From: Pseudovirgaria hyperparasitica
Lineage: Eukaryota
Direction: 5' to 3' (one strand)
NCBI GenBank assembly: GCA_010093815.1
Contig: ML996567.1
DNA: 64,000 nt
Of this stretch, positions 1 to 12,050 are shown one piece after another (positions within the stretch are counted from its first letter, which is position 1; every line of letters begins with the position of its first letter). The notes beneath the pieces were generated by a model, which saw nothing but the letters and a program-made list of their open reading frames with translations, was not told where the DNA came from and searched no databases. Made by a program: the position numbers and the translations under genes.

Positions 1-614
1 TGCGTGACGAGGACGTCTGTATCGCTGGGTACTGTGCCGGACCATGCGTCAAGCCTAGGCTCATATTGGAAAGCGAAGCTCTCACGCGGCCCACAGGCAG
101 GAATTTGAGGTGCGCCATATATGCGGAGAGATCTAGATAAAGATGATGCGGACTTGATTGTGATTGTCGTCGATGAGTGCTGCAGATAGCGGATGCCTTT
201 CCAATCTAGACTTGCGCTTCGCTGTGCCGAGGACAGTGAGGGGCGGGTCCGTGGATCGAGATAGGTATCGTGATTTCCAGCAATAACGATCTTATGATGG
301 TATGGTAGAGAGGCGATCCAGGAGATCTGAGTTTGTAGGGATTGCGTGGAGCCATCGTTTGTGAGGTCGCCGGCGTGAATGAGGATGTCACCAGCCGGGA
401 GGTCAGTGATTTGGAGATCGTGGGTGTCGGAGATGCAGACTATACGTATAGGTTGCGTATCAGGAGAGAGCGTGGCGCGGAGAGAGTTTTGAATGTGGTA
501 AATGGTGTAGAGAATGAGTCGAACTGGGCATGTCAAAAGGAGGTAGACAAGAGACGGACGCTCGAAAGGCAGCGGCGCTTTAAAAGAGGGATAAAGAACG
601 ATGGCTGAATGCAT
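1..614 (-). CDS. Calcineurin-like metallophosphoesterase (MPPED/239FB-type), 3' end runs off the window
   Basis: Minus-strand frame open from ATG 614 to the window edge, so absent from the ORF track. It reads IRIVCISDTHD...GDILIHAGDLT...KIVIAGNHD...TDVLVTH, the metallophosphoesterase motifs DxH, GD, GNHD and H. Confidence 0.9.
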   Translation of the reverse strand, partial: MHSAIVLYPSFKAPLPFERPSLVYLLLTCPVRLILYTIYHIQNSLRATLSPDTQPIRIVCISDTHDLQITDLPAGDILIHAGDLTNDGSTQSLQTQISWIASLPYHHKIVIAGNHDTYLDPRTRPSLSSAQRSASLDWKGIRYLQHSSTTITIKSASSLSRSLRIYGAPQIPACGPRESFAFQYEPRLDAWSGTVPSDTDVLVT

Positions 615-919
615 CTTCAACTTGCTAAGGAAGTGAAGTGCTACAGCATAGTGTTGTCTTATTTGAGATTGCTATTACAACTGTACTTGCATGAAGTACG
701 CATTTCGAAGCTTGAAGCCGGCCTTGGGTCGCAAGTTCTTAGCTCGCGATTGAGCCGATTACGTCATCGCGGTCAGGAAAATTTCGAATATCATTCATGA
801 GTCTCTTACACCCACCGAGTTGGATGTAGAAGCACTGCGAATTCCCCCAGTTTTATTACATTGCAAATAAACTCCTTGCTCTGAACTGTGCATGTAATAC
901 ATGTGTGTCGATATTGGTA

Positions 920-2076
920 TTAACGCCTGTTTCCACCTCTTGGACCACGGCTGCGGCTTCGGCTTCGACTAGAGGTACCGTAGCTACTATATGATGGACT
1001 TCTCCGTCGTCTTCCATTTCCTCGAGCTGGAGGTGGACTATCACGTCGTCGATAGCCTCCAGAGCCTCCTCCTCTCCTTGGCGGAGGTGATCGAGACCTT
1101 GAAGGCGATGAGTAGGACTTTGATCTGCTTCGCCGCGGTGAGCGGGAGCGTGAGTACGAGCGAGGCCTGTATCGATAGTCACCGCCGCCATATCCACCTC
1201 GACGGGGTGGGGAGCGTCTTCCTAGTGGCGAACGGTATCGCGCACCTCTACCACCAGGCCCTGGAGGCGGCCCACGAAAGGATTCAGGAGGTCTACGTGT
1301 ATCGAAGCGACCAGGAGGTGGCCTTCGAAGTGGTGGAGAGCGTGAAAACCTACGGCGAGGTAGCACTATGGAGACGTTCAATACCATCCCATCTAATTGT
1401 CCTTCATGCATATGCGCCACTGCGCTTTCGGCATCTGCAGCTGCAAAGTATGTAATATATGCAGTTCCCCGGTTGTGATTGACTAGTTGAGTTAGATGTG
1501 GCATACGTGTCATCCTTGATCACCTACAATGCTTGTTCATAGGTAGGTCAAGCTCATCAATGGCGCCGTACGCCCCGAAAATCTCTTGGAGATGATCTTC
1601 GTTTACATGTTTTGAAAGCCTTTCAACAACAATCTACACGGTGTTAGTGCCGATTACAATGTTCTTGTGGGACATGTCCTTTAGTTCAAGCATACTTTAG
1701 AGCTCCTCGGCGGAGGAGTATGGCTTGCACTGCGAGTCCGTCTTCTGGACCTGTCACCAACAGCACTCCTACTCCTGCTCCTGCTTCTACTTCTGCTTCT
1801 ACTGTGCGAATAGCTCTTTGATCTACTCTGACTGCGACTTCTACTCAAGCTTCGAGTATTCCCATTGCGACGGGCATCTCTTCCGGACCGAAGCGATCCA
1901 GATCGACTGCGACTTCGAGATTGTGTGCGTGGAACTGATCGAGGTGATCCGGATTGGCGAATTGATCGTGAAAATGATCTTCGAGGCGAGTCTTTCAGGG
2001 CAGTTCTAGAACGTGTTCGTGATCGGCCACGAGATACGCTGCGGTCTTTGGAGCCTTCCTGCGATTGGGGTGGCAT
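920..2076 (-). CDS. RNA-binding protein with serine-rich domain (RNPS1-like, RRM flanked by RS regions), 3 exons
   Basis: RS-rich exon 2076-1696, intron ~1695-1634, exon IVVERLSKHVNEDHLQEIFGAYG, intron ~1527-1482, exon NRGTAYITY...HMHEGQLDGMVLNVSIVLP followed by an RS tail. Confidence 0.88.
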
Positions 2077-3529
2077 TGTGCTGCCGCGTTCGTGCTTTCG
2101 AGATGCTGGTCAAACTATAGCGCGGTACTCGATCAGAAGTGCAGAGAACTCAAGTGGGAAGTAATCAGTTTCGACGGCGCGCGATTGTTGCTTCTCCATG
2201 AAACACTGTAGGTTAGATGAACGCGTGGAAGCTACAGCTTCCAGCTGGTGCTAGCGTTCACTGCTGACTAAGATGCTATCTGGGCTTGACATAGGTACCC
2301 TTGGACCCTTGGACATGCAGACAAAAGCATAGATACAATACAAGCTTGGAAGCATTTAGTAATGGCAGTGCATGCTGATTCCGTCAATCTTGCTACTATA
2401 TGGAACTCAAAAGCGGGTGCTTGAGATGGTCTACTGGACTTGATATTCTAGCACACAATGAACAAAGTGCACTTTCGATCGTGGAAGCATAGGCTAGTAC
2501 CCTTTCGAAATAAGAGTTTTACACACACACGCGTAGTGTGGACTTATGCACTGTTGGTTGGGACCCGGGAAAGTGGAGTGGTATACAAGCATTGCTTAGG
2601 ATCAGTTGGAAAGGTCCAAGTTTGCATATACATACATCTAAGTCATTGTGTCGATTTGGTGGAGCGGTCAGATTCGATATGGGCAATGCTGCAACTGGTC
2701 ATGGGACATCCATATGTTCGCTATCAGCGGTTAGTACGATCCGGTAGTGCTACTTAAGTCGATATGCCTTTTGGAGATACGCGGACGTCGCCGTGAGCCT
2801 CCGTAGTCCGATATCTGCGAGCACCAAGACGCTTCAGTCTTCCTTAGTCTTCAGACTTCAGAAAAAATGAGACACTTTGAGTCACTCTGCCAGCATCTGA
2901 TCAACAACAGACGTGCAGAGAGCACGTAAGACGATGCCAGCACTACTCGGTTGCTTGCTCATGTCTCAGGCAATGAATGTGCGCCTCCACAGCCGCCATA
3001 TCATGTCGCGGGAAAAGGCGCAACGAGCGGCTGATATCTGATGATCATGATATAGAAGTTGAATGCGGAAGTGGTTAGGTTCGGAGGAGCAGTCGGAAAG
3101 AGAGTTGATACTGATATGCGATCTCGATCACACCTCGAGCATATCATTCACATTGAACATGCATGTTTAACAGGTTGGAGATTGAGTACAAAGTGCAGAG
3201 GTTGTCCAAAGGGAAGGAGCCTTCAAAATCTGCCCCACCCAGCCCAAAGAGAACCTTGGAAGCCCTTTGTTGACAAGCCTGCACCCTGCCCCTCCATCTA
3301 TCCTTCTACCCACCAACCCACCAATCCACTAACTCACCGTTCCCTGTCTGTCGCCTTCACTCTCTGGTCAACTTTGCAATCCTCGCCCACTTCTTTGGTT
3401 CTGACATTCATCTTTCTCCCACACAACACTCCAAGGCTTGTTTGATAGTTTCCTGCAACGCTTCGAGTTTCCCAGGCGCCCACAACACGAAAGTGCTCAG
3501 TTTTCCGACTCTCAAACAACCCACTCAGA

Positions 3530-4210
3530 ATGTCGTGGCAAGCATACGTTGATAGCAGGTATGGGTCTACTGAAGTACAAAGAGCATTGTGATCTGACTG
3601 GTGTCTTCAGCCTTGTCGGCTCTGGAAATGTCGACAAAGCAGCAATCTTCAGCAAAGCAGGCGACAGCGTTTGGGCTGCCTCGTCTGGCTTCACAGTACG
3701 TGGAACCTCGTCGTTGCCCAAACCCTTCATCGCGATCCGTAAATAGGCATAAGAGGATTGGAGCATCGAGGAATTTGCAAAAACCTACGACTAAAACTGC
3801 TACACCACGATGAATCAGGCGCTGACACGTGGTATAGCTTAGCAAGGAGGAGATTACTAAGATTGTCGAGTCTTTTACCGACAAAGGCGATTCTTCTGGC
3901 TTTAAACAAATCTCGGCCAATGGGTTCTACGTTGGAGGTGAAAAGTTTGTGACATTGTTGGCCGAAGGACGGAGTCTATACGGCAAAAAGGTAAGCATCT
4001 AAGGCAGTACTAGCGATTCATGCAAGGACATTGTGTGTCACACATATCAAAATGCTAACCACTTGTGTATCACAGGGTAAGGAGGGTATAGTCATCGTTC
4101 AAACCACTCAAGCGCTGCTCATTGCCCACTATCCCGAAACTGTGCAGCCTGGCGCGGCTGCCAACACCGTCGAACAGCTTGCCGACTACCTGACCGGCCT
4201 CGGGTACTAA
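3530..4210 (+). CDS. PFY1: Profilin, 4 exons
   Basis: Spliced translation MSWQAYVDSSLVGSGNVDKAAIFS...GFYVGGEKF...LYGKKGKEGIVIVQTTQALLIAHYPETVQPGAAANTVEQLADYLTGLGY*, with three GT-AG introns. Confidence 0.96.
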
Positions 4211-4523
4211 GCTTCCATTCACATGTATTTTAGTTGCATATACCGATGCTGGCAGAAATGAGCAAGGTGCCGCACGGCTTTCATGATGGTAGTCATATCG
4301 CATAGACAAGAGAAAAGAAAGGAATGAGTTATGGATCACATACTATGTATGCGTGTATGGCAAGATGAAGATTATATGAGTGAGCAAACTGAAGTTTTGG
4401 CCATTCATATTATTTCGCAATGACCTCCACATCCACACTGCTGTCCTATAAGACGAGGAACTTGGTGAAATCAGCCAATACCGACACCATGGCGGTCTCA
4501 TGAAAACGTAAGTGAATTCTGAT

Positions 4524-6583
4524 CTAGACCTTCATATGCTGAAGCTTCTCGACGACCATATCGAAGAATGCTCTCTGTAATCTCGCACCAACCTCCTCTT
4601 TCCTTTCGTCCTCATTTTCCATGATATTGAATGCCGTTGGACCCACGATACAAGATTTCACGACTGCCTCAACCGTGTTACCCAGATGGCTCTTCACGAA
4701 CCTCAAAAAGTCCTCGGTCTCACTTAATAACCGGTTCCGCACCTTTAAGGTCGTGTTTGGCCGCGCATTTTGCACGTTCGGAATTCCTAGAATCTGATCT
4801 ATTGGTTTCCAGTACGCAATCTCCAGCAGGATGATCCCTAGCGCATAAAGATCATAGCTTTTCTTGAATCCACCTGTCTGGTACGTAGGACCATTCGCTA
4901 CTGGTACGGCGTCGCGATTTCCCGACCCCTGAGTTCGTGGGTGTCGGTACAAGTCATGCGCGGCATTCTCGGGCGGTTTCTCGGTCATGTCCTCGTTCGC
5001 AGCGGGTCGCGAGTAGTCGAAGCCAGACACGTACGGCTGCGCGAAATCGATACCATCTAGCACATCAGCGCCGACGGGGTGCTCACTGAAGAATAGGATG
5101 TTTGCGGAGCGCAGGCCCTTGTGTAGCCAGTTGACAGCGTGTAGGCGCTCCAAACACTCCGCAATGCGTGTCATGAGCGTGATACGATCCGTCAGGGAGG
5201 GCATGTCGGCCTGTGCGTGACGGAGCAAGTCGAGCAGTGAGGTAGGCCGTGTAGACGGGTGCACGCCATGCGGTTTCTCAAAGACGAGGCCGAAGCGGCA
5301 ACTATCGTCCTCCGCGGAAGGGTCTACGTCACGGAAATAGCCCAGGCAGTGCGGTGCGCGGAATTGCTCGGTGCGATTGTTTTCCTTGAGAAGTATGGCG
5401 AGCTGGCGGATGCGCTCTTGGACTTTCGCGTCTGGGCCACCGTTGAAGTTTTGTGGATCGTAGGTTTTCCATTCGACCCAGACTTGCTGCTTGCCGCGGC
5501 GCGAGGAGGACGAGGTGCTGGGGAAGGTGTAGTACGCTTCGACGCGATGGGACTCCAGAGGGTCATCATTAAGCTCATTATCGAGGATTGTGATGTCTCG
5601 ACGAGGGAGCTCTACGTCTCTGATCTGGGAGGCGGTGTTTGTGAGCTGGAGATCACGAGCAAAGGAATCTGTGAGCACGGAATCGTCCTCGATTGCGGAG
5701 TTGAGGGCTTTGATCTGTGCGAGGGCAGCTAGATTGTGCATTTTAGATTCTCTAGGGATGCGGTCTTGAGCAATATTTGCCAGGCCCCGTGTCTGCAAGA
5801 ATAGACCAAGGGGATCGAGTGGTCCCCGAACGCTAGCGCTCTGCATATGCATAGCAGATTCGAATATCTGGAGTAGATGGTCGACTTTGCCGTTCAATTG
5901 CATAATTTGATACTCCGTCCGAACTTGCCTTGACTGCAGTAATTGGAGTTGATTGTGGTTGAGCAGCTCGCGCATGAAATCGTTAAGGGCAGTCAGCTTG
6001 ATGATGAGAGTTTCCACCTTCTGTTTGTCCCAGCTCGCCCACTGAAGTCGTCTGGGATAGGTACGCGCAGATTGAGCCCAGGCCAGAGACTTCGTGAGAA
6101 GTTTTTGAGAGCGCGGAAAGCGTCCCTCGAATGTCGTATCTGCTCGCTCGAGCGACATGCGCGGCTCCTCGTCCGGACTTGTGGGCTCAACATTGGTATC
6201 TGCAGGCATGTCTGAGACCAGTGGATGTCTCAATGCTTGATGTCGTTCATCAATTCTGCCGAAGCGATCGAGCGCTTGCTTCTGTTGGTCGAGGACGTCG
6301 ATAAGCAGCCCTTTGCTATGATTACTGATGAGCAGACCCTCATCTTGCTCATCTAGATTTGCGACTTCAGCCCAGTCGAGTAGTCGATATTGCTCAGTCT
6401 TGAGCCGGACACGTAGGTACTGAAATTCTCGGGGCATCCCTTTAGCCTCCGAAAGAAGCTGATATCCTTCGGAAAGTTAGCAACGTATAAAGCACGCCGA
6501 CAGGAAGACCTACCTTTGACACATCCTGAGAACAACTGGAACGTCAAAGAAACCACGCCAATCCCAACACCGACTGGATCCAT
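4524..6583 (-). CDS. HeLo (prion-inhibition/cell-death) domain plus C-terminal kinase-like (pseudokinase) domain protein
   Basis: Exon 1 MDPVGVGIGVVSLTFQLFSGCVKG, 47-nt intron 6467-6513, then YQLL...RLKTEQYRLLDWA...RRLQWASWDKQKVETLIIKLTALNDFM (HeLo signatures). Kinase-fold motifs follow: VWVEWK, LHKGLRSANILF, VSGFDYSRP, DLYRHP, DLYALGIILLEIAYW. Confidence 0.88.
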
Positions 6584-7870
6584 ATCGTCCTAGCTATAGT
6601 ATACAATAGACTAGACTGCGAGGTCGATTGGGGTTAATTTTTTTGGCATAAGAGATTCGACAGAGATCTCCAATATTAATATCTCGCTTCTTATGGCAAA
6701 CGACCGCCAGATATGCCTACAACAGTGACGGTCGACAGCCTTCTGGATCTTCAGAGGACTGCGGCAGCCGTCAGACTGGCTCAGCCTCACCGGTTAAGAC
6801 GCCCTGCATGATCTAGATCAAGTGGCTTTCGGAGAGTCGCTATGGGAACCTCAAATGCGTGAAACCTTGCAACGAGCATGGCTACAGTAAGGCAGCTTCT
6901 GTATTGATCGCATACACCCCTACCATGGTATTAATTCCAGATATGCCTTCAAATGAGCCTTGCAAGAGAAGTAGGTTGTGCATCTTCGACGTAGGGCAGA
7001 CAAAGAGGTAGGGTTCCTAGCTCCGCCTCGCACTAAGCCACAGCTGTACCGCCACGATTGTTTGAGACGATGCCGTAGATTCGTTTCGTGTGACTAGCAG
7101 ACTTGTGCATATAGTAGTGGACCGTTTGGAATATATTGAATTTATTGTATTGCAGTTTATCATGAGAATCATGCCATCAATCCCATTGTAGGTTCTGCAT
7201 GTAGTTCGGATGCCCCGTCTTAGAAATTGACCTCCCGCCCAAACACCGTTCATGCGTGATAAAATCAAGGAGATGGTCTTTCTGCAAGCTCAAAAAGATG
7301 GATATCATAGCTTGAATGTCATGCAACGCCGCTGATATGCAGAGTGGACCACCGGCTGGCTCCTCGACCCTAATAATGCCCAGAAAACCCTTACTCCGGC
7401 AATGATAGAATTATGACATGCGTTAAGATAGTAATGACAGATACAGAGAGGTTGGGATGTAAACGATGTTCCATGCTAGGTTTACATCGATGCGTTGCGG
7501 CCTGAAGACTATCGGGGCCTTTCCAACTGGGGGGAGATAGTTTGTTCGCAGAGATACCTATGCACCTCGAGATATTTGACTGTGAAAGTCAAGCTGGTTC
7601 AAGGCATCACCCATCGTAAAATAGGTAGATATGTCGCTCGTGATATTCGCAGAACTATTGTTGGCACGATGATCACTATAGCCAGCGACAGGTAAAGGGG
7701 CATCGATATCGAAAAGGAGATAGTCGTAGACAAGGGCAAATTCTGAAAGGGGATCTGGATGGATTGCGATGTGGCTTCGTCTGAACCGAAAGTTATTATC
7801 CACATCACGACAGAGAGGCAAATAGCGAGTGATGAGCGGTAGATCCAGTGTAAGTTGTGTTGAGATGCAG

Positions 7871-9744
7871 CTAGAGGACTGCACAAGCACTTCCGGTTAA
7901 CCTGTCAGCCAATGTCCGATATCAGCGTGTTGTGGCGAAGAGATATGAAGAGTATGACAGTGGGGTTAAGGGGAAGCGGGAGACTCAGGAGACTCTACAG
8001 CTTCGTCAGGATCTGGAGTATTGTCCAAAGAATTGGTGGCACCACGGGAGAACATATTGAGAAGGACCCACCACCTCTGACGCTCGATCCGGTGTATCCA
8101 GCAATTCACCACTTTCAGCCGATCTCGTACGCTCGTTGTGTGTAGCAAGACATACTTCTCCTCGTCGTGGATCGGAAGGACACTTGCAAACCAATACGGG
8201 AACGTTGCAGCATCCTCAGGTGGTCCACCGTAAGCTTCCACGATACGATCATCCAACCACCTTGCACTGGCAGTGCGCATTGACTCGACATACTCCCTGC
8301 CTTTTTGGAGTAGCTCCTGAGTTGTCATGGACTTCAACTTGGCGTTCAATTCAGCCGGTGAATAGGAATTTATTTGCGAAGTTTCGAGCTCTTGCGACTC
8401 ACGTGGGAGATCCGCGGCAGCAAGGATTTCGGAGGCTTCTCGCTCTTCCTCTTCTGCAATGCCTACATCGTCGACACGTTCGATATTCCCGGTGATGTAG
8501 CCGTCGACCATGGTATGTGAGCGTACTCGGAACCTGCCGACGCCACGAGTTTCGATATAGCAACGCCCATCGGCCTCATATTGGTAATTGATAATTTCCA
8601 GGAGGGTTCCGTATTGTACAAATTGGCTGGGACCAAGCTCCCCTTGAGGAGCTCCAGTACGATTATACATGACCATTCCGAACCTCCGATCTCGTTCTAG
8701 GGCGCGACGAATCATGAGGCGGTAACGTGGTTCGAATATGTGAAGAAATGTTGGCATGGCCGGGAATGCTAGTGTACAAACGAACAGTGGAATGGCGGAA
8801 TCCCCGGATCCAAACTCTTCTGCGACCACAGCTTCGGCGCGGGAAGCCACGAGCTCTGGACATAAGCCATCTAGAAGTGAACATAGAGCTGCGTTGCTAG
8901 GCCGATTGCCTAACGATGGTGGCATCGGCAGTGTGCGTCGACAGAAAGGACAATGGCGGGAATGATCGAGCACACGCGCGAGACATTTCCGGCAAAAAGA
9001 ATGACCACAGGTAGTTGTGACTGGGTCAAGCATTAGGTTGTAGCATACTTGGCAGTCGAGCTCCTTGTAGGCAGAGTCTCTCAGTTGGTGTAGGAAAGCA
9101 GTGTCCAATTGTTCGCATTCGCCACGCACCGGTGATGAACGATAGATCAGGTCAGAGGTGCGTTTGAGTTCGCCTCGTTGCGCCAAGAGATATGTCGCCT
9201 GTAGTCGACCAGCAGAAAGCTCCCAACAACGTGGCTCAGGACCCTTCTCTGTCAGAATCGATGACGTCTCCTCCGCGGGCCGGACTTCTTCCATGAAAGT
9301 CGAACATACAAGTCCAGCGTCATGACTTGCAGCAGTGGTGGCGATGGCCTCCATAACCTTGAGAAGTGTAACATCAACATTGCACTCACCCACGGCGTGC
9401 ACTGTGCTGCATTCTCTGCATTGGACTCCACGCTGGCGACCCGGTGTATTTGGATACGATATGTTTTCTCGTGGTTGCTCCTCGGGCAAACACTTACGAC
9501 ACATCGAGTGGCCGCAGGGCAGCGTGACTGGTAGTTCGTATGGCCGAGAGCAATACGGGCATTGGATTAGACGTATAACTGCCCTGGCATCCTCGTAGGC
9601 ACTCAAAGCAGTATGTGTCCCTCCACTGGCTGCAGATGACGACGCATCGTCGTTCATCGATTTGTTTGGCTTGTCCAACGATACACTGGGCGATTTCTCT
9701 TCCCCCTCAGCGAACGAGCGTCTCTGTGGTTCTAACAGATTCAT
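7871..9744 (-). CDS. Double RING finger + LON-N domain protein (LONRF / CrgA / CarS-like E3 ligase) ending in CaaX
   Basis: RING1 CPYC...CGHSMCRKC, RING2 CQVC...CGHSFCRKC...CPFC, LON-N IPLFVCTLAFPAMPTFLHIFEPRYRLMIRR. Predicted intron 7902-8071 (GTGGGT...CTGAT...CAG) joins QRW to LTGSACAVL*. The unspliced frame stops at 7966. Confidence 0.88.
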
Positions 9745-12050
9745 AGGGTGTAAGATATTTGGTGCGATCTCATGCGTGCCAGTGGTTGACCGTTGTAGTG
9801 GAAAAACGTTCCTTTCAAAAAGCGTCAGTTTTGGCTATGTTTGGCGCGTGGTTTCGGTAGGCCGAGAGAGGGTGGAATTGGAAGTCGAAATGAAGCAAGT
9901 AGATCTGACTAATATCAGAATTGCTTCGATGGCGATTAGTATGAGCTATGCGGCATACTCTGCCTTGAGTTTGATTTCGAGAAGTGTGGAACGAGTCGAT
10001 TCGCGTGGTCGAGGGTTACGATTGATTCAGTAGGAGGTCGTCAGCAATTCAGACTCGGACAAGGAGCGATCTGCACATGCTCTAGCAAAATGAGTCTATG
10101 CGAGAGGCAGAAAGAGGATCGTGGATTGAGGTCGTGGTTGAATGACGTGGTGGGGAAAGGAACAGTTATGCGACTGCAACGGCGAAGAGACGCGCGGGTG
10201 TATATGAGGAGTAGATAAAGTGTATCAGAATAGTAGACGGAGAATTATTGAGGAGACGGTAGTTGGAAGTAGACAAAATGTCTATGAGGACAAGACTCAT
10301 GACAGGCCATTGTTCGGTTGGGTTCTAGGAAGAGGAGTGGATGGGAGTGGATCGACGATGAGGAGCTTGTCTGTGTACGAGTGCAAAGCAAAACGGAGCG
10401 TTGTGGTTGGCCGGTTCTGGCCTCTCGATTTCGGCGTGCTCTCTCACTGCTACAGATCGAATATCCGCACTCGAATCTGCTTCTGCCTCTCAGCTTGCGC
10501 CCCACTAACATTTGGCTGTATTAGATATTAGTGTTTTGCTTTGTTTGTTCTTGTATGATGATATAACATCATATATCTCTTTCGATCGATAAACAGCAGT
10601 CAGAACCAGTTCTGTCAACATTTTCCTCCTGGACTCTATCACACGCAGAACATGTCTATAACCACCTCCTATCCTGTGTCACTAAGTTGTTTGTATCAAA
10701 TTGCTTGTGAATGCACGACCTCGGGACCCTTCAGCCCTGAGTAATTCGGCAACTGCAACTTCCGTATGATATGCAGCAGCGTGGTACGGGGACCGAATCA
10801 GAATAGCAGTAGATGAAGCTACGACGGCCGTCGCGTACCATTCCCGATCAGGGTTGAGTCGCTAGGACCACTTTACCACTTGTTGTTATTGCTGATTGTT
10901 TGGGGCAGAGGTAAATGCTTGGTCCAGGTGAGATTTTTGTGGTACGAATGCAATCATGATTCGTGGTTTCTCTGCGTGTGTGGCGGAAATGACTCCGTGA
11001 TCTCTATCGATTGCACTCACTACTCAGTGCGTGCTCGGTGCGTGCTCGTTGCTCGGTACCAGCTGCAACGTTAATATTGGGCATGTTTGGCGTGGATCAT
11101 TGCATGTGCTGTGGTGGCGGCAGCTTGGCCCCGAGCAGGGGAATTGAGGAGGGGAATTGAAGACTTTTAGGGGGGGGGGATACTATAGTCTTCGCTATAC
11201 CGCAAACGGTAAGACAGCAACAGACATCAGATAGAAGTCTTGCAACTACAGTCGTGATATCATTAGGAGTTGTGTCATAGCATCGCTCGTCATTTTCCAA
11301 TAAAGCGTTCATGGCGTCCTTCTCCATTGCAAGTACCACACCATTTATCATGGTGATTATGCTAGCAATGGGACTCGTGATGCATCATGTTACGCCGTAT
11401 ATTTCCCTTAGTACGCCTCGTCCTTAGTAGGCGTCATTGATTCTCAATCTGGCCTTAACCGCTCACATATCCGTTTGTTCGGGTTCGCAGGCATTTCTGT
11501 GGTTCCCTATACACTGAAACATCAGACAATAACGTCATTCATATCGTCCCGTGCATAAAGCTTAACTATTTGCAACGTCGATAGCCTCTCATCTACATAC
11601 TTGATTCCGGAGGCTACGACCGCAACTCGGCTATGCTATTGGTAGCATGAGCTTCTTGTCACCTTTGTTTACCAGCACGTTTCACCCTGCCATCATGCTG
11701 ACTGCATGCGTGTATCGCTATCTATTAAGAATTTTGCTTCCAAAGGTGTCTTATCCCAACACCGAAGACAATGCCCTATGATATGTCATTACAATACCCT
11801 GGAGGTGATAGGGCCTGGTTCTTATATGTTCTGATGTTCCAGAGCGTTCGCTGCTGGGCTGCACTTCTTGGTAGTCTTCGGTAATGCCGCAACCATTGAT
11901 GTGGTAAGACCGTGGTTCAGTATTCCATTAATCTCCTGTCGAATCTAGGTCATGAAGGAGAGGAAGTATCCCATCGCATGCTCCGAACCATCTTACGTAG
12001 TGATCGGAGCTTTCAATGTATTCTGTTGTGGTCAATAGACCAGACCCTCT

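Noticed and set aside
856..2164. Several overlapping ORFs of 94-154 aa around RNPS1
   Set aside because: Antisense or alternative-frame shadows of RS-repeat coding sequence.
4524..7870. Possible NLR or amyloid-motif partner for the HeLo protein
   Set aside because: No NACHT/NB-ARC gene or HET-s/RHIM-like motif recognised next to it; the ORFs at 7017-7890 look non-coding.
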